Positions 10,266 through 18,218 of a stretch of DNA of 64,000 bases are shown one piece after another (positions within the stretch are counted from its first letter, which is position 1; each line of letters begins with the position of its first letter). Location of the stretch: assembly GCA_903929425.1 (NCBI GenBank), contig CAIYUO010000110.1:12845-76844 (forward strand). Reading direction: 5' to 3'. The notes beneath the pieces were generated by a model. That model was not told where the DNA came from. It ran no database searches and saw only the letters and a program-made list of their open reading frames with translations. The stretch is from an uncultured Bacteroidota bacterium. Its GTDB lineage: Bacteria > Bacteroidota > Bacteroidia > Chitinophagales > Chitinophagaceae. A program made the translations under genes and the position numbers.

Positions 10266-11330
10266 ATGCATTTAATAGTTATTGCCGAATCTGAATTGAG
10301 TGAAGTTGGGTATCCGCTTGATTATCAAATCATGGATTTGGTTTTGCATTGCGCAAACATAGACGACCTTATAATTCATATTATTAGCGATCATCCCAGC
10401 ACTGACATAAAGGATTTTAGTAGCACAAAAAATCAAATAACGCTACTTACAATCATGGAGGCAAAAATCGGGATTAATCAATATCAAGACGCTATTGTGG
10501 TACATTTTGGAAAGTTATTATCATGGTTAAAGGCATTCCCACATTATTTCGTACCCATATCATTGCCAAATAAAATGATAGGTATTTCAATTATTAGGCG
10601 CTATTTTTTAAATAAAAAATTTAAAAAATGGAGTAAGACAGCTACTAAAGTAATAAGCTTTAACGACTGGTCATTACAAAGTATAATAGCCAACTATCCA
10701 CATTATAATACTTCAATTTTATCCCTTCATTTGCCATTGATGGAACCGCCGTTGATGGAATGGACTGAAATGTCAGCAACTAAGGACGGGCTTACCAATG
10801 GGCATAACTATATATTAATATTTGCTTCTGTTGAAAAAATCACCTCCATTTTAAAGGAGTTTTCTATTTTCAAAAAGTGGCAGCAGTCAACTATGCATTT
10901 GGTATTTATTTTAGCGCATAACCAAGTAATGGATAAAGCTAATTCCATTTTAAAAGGCTATAAGTTTAAGCAAGATGTTTCCATTCACACTATTCAGGAG
11001 GTTAATGCAGCTTGGCTTGCTGCTAGTTATTTAACCATTTTTGAAAGTGCATCCTATGCAAATGGGTACTTCGTAATGAATTCAATAAATTATGGAGTAC
11101 CCTTATTAATGGATGACCAAATTCAATTACCTGATAATTGGAAATCAGCGGGTGAGGTATTTTCCTTTGCTGAAAAAAATGTATTATCGAATCATTTTAA
11201 ATTATACTATAAGGACGAAGTATATAGGCAATCAAGGGCTAAAATAGGTACTGAGTGGTTACAAAAGTTAAATCAAGAAAGGAGCTCATTTGAGTTATTT
11301 AATAATATTGTACTTTCGCATATCAAATAG
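10266..11330 (+). CDS. Divergent glycosyltransferase-like (GT-B/GT4-like) protein
   Basis: LKEFSIFKKWQQSTMHL and degenerate C-terminal YLTIFES...NSINYGVPLL resemble GT4; start set at the ATG following TAAATTTG. Confidence 0.5.
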   Translation: MHLIVIAESELSEVGYPLDYQIMDLVLHCANIDDLIIHIISDHPSTDIKDFSSTKNQITLLTIMEAKIGINQYQDAIVVHFGKLLSWLKAFPHYFVPISLPNKMIGISIIRRYFLNKKFKKWSKTATKVISFNDWSLQSIIANYPHYNTSILSLHLPLMEPPLMEWTEMSATKDGLTNGHNYILIFASVEKITSILKEFSIFKKWQQSTMHLVFILAHNQVMDKANSILKGYKFKQDVSIHTIQEVNAAWLAASYLTIFESASYANGYFVMNSINYGVPLLMDDQIQLPDNWKSAGEVFSFAEKNVLSNHFKLYYKDEVYRQSRAKIGTEWLQKLNQERSSFELFNNIVLSHIK

Positions 11331-11345
11331 GTTAATATTTTTACC

Positions 11346-11693
11346 ATGCACCAATCAAATATCCATGTTACAGTTCATTTAGATGAACAAAAAATTCCTC
11401 AAAACATTCAATGGTCTGCTACCGATAGCACGGCAACTGAAGCCCAGGAAGCACGCGCTATGATGCTTACTTTTTGGGATCCAACCGACAAAACCGCTTT
11501 GCGAATTGACCTTTGGACAAAGGATATGATGGTTGATGAAATGGCTGACTTTTTTTATCAAAACTTAATGGGCATGGGGGATACTTATTTAAGAGCAACC
11601 CAGGATAAAGCGATAGCTGATGATTTTAAAGCTTTTGCGAAATCATTTTATCAAAAATTTAGAGCAAGTCAAACCGAACAAAATAATAAATAG
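11346..11693 (+). CDS. gldC: Gliding motility protein GldC
   Basis: V-x-LDEQKIP..I.WSA, AMMLTFWD, ALRIDLWTKDMMVDEM. Confidence 0.88.
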   Translation: MHQSNIHVTVHLDEQKIPQNIQWSATDSTATEAQEARAMMLTFWDPTDKTALRIDLWTKDMMVDEMADFFYQNLMGMGDTYLRATQDKAIADDFKAFAKSFYQKFRASQTEQNNK

Positions 11694-11700
11694 TAATACC

Positions 11701-12153
11701 ATGAGTTTAGAAACAGAAGTAATGTCTTTAATGAAAGACGCAATGAAAAATAAAGACGAAGTATTATTAAGAGGCTTGAGGGCTATTAAGGCAGAAATCA
11801 TTAAAGCCAAAACTGAACCAGGAGCTAATGGTGAAATTTCAGCAGATACTGAAATGAAATTATTACAAAAATTAGTGAAATCACGAAAGGATTCATTGCT
11901 TATTTATGAGCAACAAAATAGACCTGATTTAGCAACTAAAGAATCGGAGGAAATTGCAGTGATTGAAAAATTCTTGCCCGCTCAAATGAGTGAGGATGAT
12001 GTGAAAGCCGCAGTGCAAGCAATTATTACACAGGTTGGTGCTGCTGGACCACAGGACTTAGGAAAAGTAATGGGTGTGGCTACAAAACAATTAGCAGGGC
12101 AAGCAGACGGAAAAATAATTTCAGCGGTTGCTAAGTCACTTCTTACTGTTTAG
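11701..12153 (+). CDS. GatB/YqeY-domain protein
   Basis: MKDAMKNKD...LRAIKAEI, RKDS...EIAVIEKFLP, DLGKVMG; start moved to ATG 11701. Confidence 0.92.
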   Translation: MSLETEVMSLMKDAMKNKDEVLLRGLRAIKAEIIKAKTEPGANGEISADTEMKLLQKLVKSRKDSLLIYEQQNRPDLATKESEEIAVIEKFLPAQMSEDDVKAAVQAIITQVGAAGPQDLGKVMGVATKQLAGQADGKIISAVAKSLLTV

Positions 12154-12156
12154 CAT

Positions 12157-12672
12157 ATGTGGTTAGACATTTTAACGGGTACGGTATTTATAATTGCCAT
12201 ATTGCAAGGTTATAAAAATGGCCTCATACGCGCTATCGTGTCTTTTTTCTCATTATACATTGGGTTGATACTGGCGTTTCAATTTGCAGGTTGGGTAGCT
12301 ACTCAACTTAAGGAACATACTAAAATAGCATCGCATTGGCTACCCTTTATATCCTTTTTAATCATTCTTATTTTAGTTTTATTAATTTTAAAATGGGTTT
12401 CCACATTATTACAACAAACTGCTGAGTGGTTAATGTTAGGTTGGCTTAATAAATTGCTAGGCATTCTTTTATATGGCGGTATATATTTTACCATTTTAAG
12501 TGCCCTTGTTTATTTTTTACAAATATTAGGGGTTATCGAAGCTGATAAATTAAAGGATGCATTTACCTATAAATATTTGAATGAATGGTGGCCTTATTGC
12601 ATGGGGAAAATGGGAGGCATAATACCTACTATCAAAAACAGTATTGCAACTTTTTCAAATCCATTAAAGTAG
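12157..12672 (+). CDS. CvpA (colicin V production) family membrane protein
   Basis: DI..G...GYKNGLIR, several TM helices, LGWLNKLLG. Confidence 0.85.
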   Translation: MWLDILTGTVFIIAILQGYKNGLIRAIVSFFSLYIGLILAFQFAGWVATQLKEHTKIASHWLPFISFLIILILVLLILKWVSTLLQQTAEWLMLGWLNKLLGILLYGGIYFTILSALVYFLQILGVIEADKLKDAFTYKYLNEWWPYCMGKMGGIIPTIKNSIATFSNPLK

Positions 12673-12850
12673 TAAATCCAAATTTCCTAATGCAGCCAAT
12701 GCACCTTCTCTAAATTGCTGTAAAACAATTAGTTAACCAGCCTTTTTCGATTATTACGAAAATGTTAACAAATCTCATTTTTAACTTATAGCAATACTAG
12801 TATGGTATGTTTTTGACATGAATTAACTATCTTTATTCATATTGATAGAT

Positions 12851-13612
12851 ATGGAATACGAAATTAAAAAAGAAGATAAATTTGAATATTTGGAAGTAGG
12901 GGAAGGTGATACACTAATGCTTTTACATGGGCTTTTTGGTGCCTTAAGTAATTTTTCAGACCTCATTGAAAAGTTTAGAACTACCCATAAAGTAGTTGTC
13001 CCTTTATTACCCTTATTTGATTTAGACATTTTACATACCAGTGTAACCGGATTGGCTAAACATGTCACTCAATTCATTGAACATAAAGGGTATGAAAAAA
13101 TTAATTTATTAGGTAATTCATTAGGGGGGCATGTTGCCTTGGTGTATACTTTAAAACACCCTGAAAAAGTGAATTCACTTATATTAACTGGAAGTAGTGG
13201 GTTGTTTGAAAATGCAATGGGGGATTCTTATCCTAAACGAGGTGATTATGAGTATATCAAAAATAAAACTGCGCAAACATTTTATGATCCGGCAGTTGCT
13301 ACTACTGAATTAGTAGATGAAGTATTTGAGATTACAAAAAACAGACTGAAAGTCATAAAAATTTTAGCATTAGCAAAAAGTGCAATACGCAATAACTTAG
13401 GAGATGAACTAAATCAAATAAAAGTTCCAACTTGTTTAATTTGGGGTAAAAATGATATTGTTACACCTCCCTTTGTTGCAGCAGAATTTAATAAATTAAT
13501 TCCCAATAGTGAATTACATTTCATTGATAAATGTGGTCATGCGCCCATGATGGAAGTACCCAAAGAGTTTAATGAAATACTATCCAAATTTTTATCAACG
13601 GTAACTCCATAA
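12851..13612 (+). CDS. Alpha/beta hydrolase
   Basis: LLHGLFG, GNSLGG nucleophile elbow, CGHAPMME. Confidence 0.92.
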   Translation: MEYEIKKEDKFEYLEVGEGDTLMLLHGLFGALSNFSDLIEKFRTTHKVVVPLLPLFDLDILHTSVTGLAKHVTQFIEHKGYEKINLLGNSLGGHVALVYTLKHPEKVNSLILTGSSGLFENAMGDSYPKRGDYEYIKNKTAQTFYDPAVATTELVDEVFEITKNRLKVIKILALAKSAIRNNLGDELNQIKVPTCLIWGKNDIVTPPFVAAEFNKLIPNSELHFIDKCGHAPMMEVPKEFNEILSKFLSTVTP

Positions 13613-13622
13613 ATTTTATTTC

Positions 13623-14282
13623 ATGTTAGCATCATCCATTGCCTCAAAAGGTTTGCCTTTTATACATTGGGATGACAAAGTATCATTTGCATTGCAATGT
13701 ATGGATGACTATGATGTGCAACATTTAGTAGTGGTGAGTGATGATATTTTCATGGGTGTCATTGCCAAATCGGATTTAATGGATGCCCTTGAAACCCATA
13801 CGATACGTTCCCTAAATGAGCAGTTGTTAAAAATTGCAATTGCTGGCAATGCACACTATTTAACAGCATTGGACTTATTCACTAAACATCAATTAACAAT
13901 TGTACCAGTCGTAAACGAACAACAGGAATGTATTGGTGTGATTACGCAGTCTCAATTAAATGATAGTTTAGCACATTTTTTAGGTGTTGCAAAGCCAGGA
14001 GCCATATTGGTATTAGCAGTTTCACCCTATCATTATTCCTTGTCTGAAATGAGTAAAATTGTTGAAACCAACAATGCACAAATTATTCAATTAAATACCT
14101 ATTTTGATGAGGCTAACGGTAATTTAATCATTACCTTAAAATTAAACAAGGACGAAGCAGCTTCTATTATTGCAACCTTTGAAAGGTATGATTATCAAGT
14201 ATTAGAATACTTTGGTAATACGCCATTGAATAATGATATCGAAAATCATTATCATAATTTAATGAACTATTTGGATGTATAA
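13623..14282 (+). CDS. CBS-domain protein (AcuB-like, C-terminal ACT-like region)
   Basis: Tandem CBS-type repeats, YSLSEMSKIVETNN, FERYDY. Confidence 0.8.
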   Translation: MLASSIASKGLPFIHWDDKVSFALQCMDDYDVQHLVVVSDDIFMGVIAKSDLMDALETHTIRSLNEQLLKIAIAGNAHYLTALDLFTKHQLTIVPVVNEQQECIGVITQSQLNDSLAHFLGVAKPGAILVLAVSPYHYSLSEMSKIVETNNAQIIQLNTYFDEANGNLIITLKLNKDEAASIIATFERYDYQVLEYFGNTPLNNDIENHYHNLMNYLDV

Positions 14283-15672
14283 ACAAATGCTTAAGATAAG
14301 TGCGTTTATTTTGTTTTTCGTTGGCGTTCAATTAAAAACAAATGCGCAAAAAATAATTTCCAATATAGATATTGAAGGAAATGCTAAAACTAAATCCTAC
14401 ATTATTTTAAGAGAGCTGCCTTATCAAGTAGGTCAATTGATTTCAGCTGATTCCATTTTATACTATAACAAAATTGCAAAACAACAGCTTGTAAACACTT
14501 CATTATTTACCGATATACAGCTAACTGCAAATGATTTAGATAGTACCCATTTAAATATTAAAATAGTAGTTAAAGAAAGATGGTACTTTTTCCCAATACC
14601 TTATTTCAGATGGGTCGATCGAAATTTTTCAGAATGGTGGAATGCACGAAGTCATAGTTTAGATCGAGTAAATTATGGTATTAATTTGAGACAATCCAAT
14701 ACAACAGGTAATAATGACCGACTAACTTTGGGGCTCATTACAGGTTATACGCATCAGGCTGTTGCTAGATATCAATTTCCATTTATTGATAAAAAACTAA
14801 AATTCGGAATGGGAATGGGTGCGCAATATTTTACGCAAAAGGAATTGAACACATCAACCTATTCGGATAAACAAATTTTCACAAAAACGATAAATGAAAT
14901 TTCTAAAGGATACAGGGTTAACGTTAATTTATCTTATCGACCTAATTTATACAACCGATTTAATTTTCAGCTAGGGTATGGAAATTCAGCTATATCGGAT
15001 TCGGCCATGTTGGTTAAACCTAATTATTTCCCTAATCATAAAAAATCACTTAGCTATACCGATTTGTCTGCATCATTCTCAACCATCAAGTTTGACTATA
15101 ATGCATATCCAACCGAAGGTAATAGTAATGAAGTTGGAATTTATCAGCGTATCGCAAATGGATATAATTTGAGTTCTTTTCAATTTAGAAAATTACATGC
15201 ACATCGTTTTTCTAATGCTCATTTTTATTTATTTGAAACCAATAGCTTGTTCAAAATTTTGACGAATCAAAATTATACAGACAATAAATTAATGGGTTAT
15301 GGAAACTTACAAATGAATGGTTTTGAATATTATGTAATTGATGGTAATGCAGGCTCCATTGCAAAGGCCGAAATACATCATTTATTGGGTACTTATACAC
15401 TTCCTCGAAAATATGGCATTGCAGTATTGGATAAGGTTAATAGTAAGCTACCTGCTATATATTATCATTTTTGGCTCAGGGCCTTTACTAATTTAGGATA
15501 TGTATATAGTGAAAAGCCAAGCAATGCAAGTAAGTTATCCAATACATTATTAAGGTCATTTGGTGTTGGATTGGATGTAATTAGCATTTATGACTTAGTG
15601 ATAAAAATTGATTACAGTGTGAATCAGTTGGGTGACAAAGGGTTATATTTGCATGGCGGAATTAATTTTTAA
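14275..15672 (+). CDS. Omp85/TamA-like outer-membrane protein with one POTRA domain
   Basis: Signal peptide, IEGNAKTKSYIILREL POTRA motif, VKERWY, barrel ending in F. Confidence 0.75.
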   Translation: MYKQMLKISAFILFFVGVQLKTNAQKIISNIDIEGNAKTKSYIILRELPYQVGQLISADSILYYNKIAKQQLVNTSLFTDIQLTANDLDSTHLNIKIVVKERWYFFPIPYFRWVDRNFSEWWNARSHSLDRVNYGINLRQSNTTGNNDRLTLGLITGYTHQAVARYQFPFIDKKLKFGMGMGAQYFTQKELNTSTYSDKQIFTKTINEISKGYRVNVNLSYRPNLYNRFNFQLGYGNSAISDSAMLVKPNYFPNHKKSLSYTDLSASFSTIKFDYNAYPTEGNSNEVGIYQRIANGYNLSSFQFRKLHAHRFSNAHFYLFETNSLFKILTNQNYTDNKLMGYGNLQMNGFEYYVIDGNAGSIAKAEIHHLLGTYTLPRKYGIAVLDKVNSKLPAIYYHFWLRAFTNLGYVYSEKPSNASKLSNTLLRSFGVGLDVISIYDLVIKIDYSVNQLGDKGLYLHGGINF

Positions 15673-15680
15673 TTTTATTC

Positions 15681-16562
15681 ATGAAAGTTGCAATATATAG
15701 TAGGGGCGTTGATTTGGATCAACAACAATCATTAAATGCTTTGTTGCTTGAATTAAATAGGTATGATATTACTATTTATATTTTTGAAGATTTATTGCAA
15801 AAATTTTCTTTAGAAAATCCAGTTGGGAAAAAGCCACTGATTCCATTTTCTTCGATTTGGGAATTAAAAAATACGATTGATTGTTTAATTAGTTTAGGCG
15901 GTGATGGAACTGTTTTAGATGCCATTACTTTAGTGGGTGATACCAACATCCCCATATTGGGCATTAACTATGGGCGTCTTGGATTTTTAGCTTCTATTTC
16001 AAAGGACGAGTTAAGTTTAATGGTGGATGCACTTGTGAATAGAACCTATGTGATTGAAAAAAGATCCTTAATTCATTTGGATGCGAATTTGCCCATATTT
16101 GGAAATACTCCATACGGTTTAAATGAATTCGCTATTCATAAACGCGACACTTCACCGATGATTAAAATTCACACCTATTTAAATGGTGAGTTCTTAAACT
16201 CCTATTGGGCTGATGGTTTAATTGTAGCTACGCCAACGGGCTCTACGGGTTATAATATGAGTTGTAATGGACCTATTTTATTCCCTGACTCAGCAAGTTT
16301 TGTGATTACCCCAGTTGCGCCTCATAATTTAAATGTTCGATCCATAGTAGTTCCTGATACCTCCGTTATTTCCTTTGAGATTGAAGGTCGTACCGAGGAG
16401 TTGATTTGTGCAATGGATGCAAGAAAAGAAATAGTGCCCAAAAACATCGAGCTAGCAGTCAAGAAAGAAAATTTCACTATATGCTTTATTCGACTCAACG
16501 AAAATAGTTATCTTACAACCCTTAGAACAAAATTGACTTGGGGATTAGATAAAAGAAATTAA
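15681..16562 (+). CDS. nadK: NAD kinase
   Basis: GGDGT, GRLGFL, NE, DGLIVATPTGSTGY. Confidence 0.95.
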   Translation: MKVAIYSRGVDLDQQQSLNALLLELNRYDITIYIFEDLLQKFSLENPVGKKPLIPFSSIWELKNTIDCLISLGGDGTVLDAITLVGDTNIPILGINYGRLGFLASISKDELSLMVDALVNRTYVIEKRSLIHLDANLPIFGNTPYGLNEFAIHKRDTSPMIKIHTYLNGEFLNSYWADGLIVATPTGSTGYNMSCNGPILFPDSASFVITPVAPHNLNVRSIVVPDTSVISFEIEGRTEELICAMDARKEIVPKNIELAVKKENFTICFIRLNENSYLTTLRTKLTWGLDKRN

Positions 16563-16565
16563 TGC

Positions 16566-17354
16566 ATGCGTAGGATTCAACTCATATTATTATGCTCAAG
16601 TATGCTGTTCGCAATTAATGTTTCGGCCCAGCATCTTTCCTTAGTTGAAAATAAAGGCGAGGTTGGCGTAATGGGAGGAGCTAGTTATTACAGAGGAGAC
16701 ATTGCTAATGATATATTATTTTACAAGCCTAATTTTGGAGCATTTTATAAGAAACAGCTAAATGATTATGTGGGTATCAGGCTTAATTACGAGTACATTT
16801 CAGTAGGCGCAAATGACGTACAATCTTTTAATTATTACAACATTAAAAGGGCATTATATTTTACGCGTGTTTCCCATGATGTGAGTATTATGGGGGAGTT
16901 TAACTTTTTGAGGCTAATTAATAAAAATCGAAATTATAGTTTTACACCCTACTTAGGATTTGGTTTTGGTGGATGGAAATCAATAAGTGGAACTAATAAT
17001 TTAGCAAATCCAACAACACAAAGAACTTTTATTTTTCCTTTGAATGTAGGCTTCAAATATAACATGTTTGGAAATTTTAATCTTTTTTCAGAAGTAACCT
17101 ATCGATTTACCAGCTCAGATAAAATTGATTATTTCGCTGATGGTGACCAACATATTGCAACCAGATCCAAATTTGATTTTCAGCCAAGTGCGTCTGGCAA
17201 TGACCAATATTTTAGTGCTAAAATGGGTATTTCTTACACTTTAATATCCATTTATGGACCAGATAAGCCTAAAAAAGACAGAAAAACACGTGGAAAAGGA
17301 AAGCAAGACAACTCTAAAAACAGCGGGCTTTTTGGCTTATTTAAACGCAAATAA
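16566..17354 (+). CDS. porG: Outer-membrane beta-barrel, DUF6089/PorG-like
   Basis: Signal peptide, GEVGVMGGASYYRGD, SSDKID..GND.Y; same position upstream of uppS-bamA-skp as porG in Bacteroidota. Confidence 0.6.
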   Translation: MRRIQLILLCSSMLFAINVSAQHLSLVENKGEVGVMGGASYYRGDIANDILFYKPNFGAFYKKQLNDYVGIRLNYEYISVGANDVQSFNYYNIKRALYFTRVSHDVSIMGEFNFLRLINKNRNYSFTPYLGFGFGGWKSISGTNNLANPTTQRTFIFPLNVGFKYNMFGNFNLFSEVTYRFTSSDKIDYFADGDQHIATRSKFDFQPSASGNDQYFSAKMGISYTLISIYGPDKPKKDRKTRGKGKQDNSKNSGLFGLFKRK

Positions 17355-17381
17355 GCCGGGGTATTTTCTTAATTTTGCAAT

Positions 17382-18119
17382 ATGGAAACATTGGATTTGA
17401 GCAGGCTCCCTAAACACATTGCTATTATTATGGATGGTAATGGAAGGTGGGCTAAGGAGCAAGGACAGGACCGCCTATTTGGGCATTATCATGGCGTTAT
17501 TAGTGTTAGAAAAGTGGTGGAGGCTGCTACTGAGTTAGGTATACAATATTTAACTTTATATGCATTTAGTACTGAAAATTGGGATCGCCCTGAGCCTGAA
17601 GTAACTGGTTTAATGACCTTATTTGTTGAAACCATTGCCAAAGAAGTACCTGATTTACATAATAATAACATAAAATTAGCTTTCATCGGCAACCTTGAAA
17701 TGCTTCCGAATGAGGCTAAATTGGCTTTAGCCAATGCTACTGAACAAACGGCAAATAATACGGGGTTAACCTTGATCATAGCATTAAGTTATAGTGGCAG
17801 GTGGGAATTAATTGAAGCCACCAAGAAAATAGCACAAAAGGTGTCGAATGCCGAATTAAGTATAAATGAAATTACGGGTGCTGTTTTCTCTGATAACCTT
17901 GCTAGTAAAGGATTGCCAGACCCTGAACTCATGATTAGAACAAGTGGGGAATACCGAATTAGTAATTTTTTATTGTACCAATTGGCATACGCTGAATTAT
18001 ACTTTACTGACACCCGTTGGCCTGAATTTAGAAAGGAGCATTTAGAGCAAGCCCTGCTTGAATATCAGTCCAGGGAAAGAAGATTTGGTAAGACCAGCGA
18101 TCAAATCAATCAATTGTAA
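17382..18119 (+). CDS. uppS: Isoprenyl transferase (undecaprenyl diphosphate synthase)
   Basis: HIAIIMDGNGRWA, YAFSTENW, IRTSGEYRISNFLLYQ, RERRFG. Confidence 0.97.
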   Translation: METLDLSRLPKHIAIIMDGNGRWAKEQGQDRLFGHYHGVISVRKVVEAATELGIQYLTLYAFSTENWDRPEPEVTGLMTLFVETIAKEVPDLHNNNIKLAFIGNLEMLPNEAKLALANATEQTANNTGLTLIIALSYSGRWELIEATKKIAQKVSNAELSINEITGAVFSDNLASKGLPDPELMIRTSGEYRISNFLLYQLAYAELYFTDTRWPEFRKEHLEQALLEYQSRERRFGKTSDQINQL

Positions 18120-18218
18120 TTAAATTTAATACGTTTTATTTTGTTTTTTAACAAAGACTTTGAAATATTACGAGTAATTTGCGACACTTTTAAAACCAAA
18201 ATGTTTAGCCCCAAGCAG

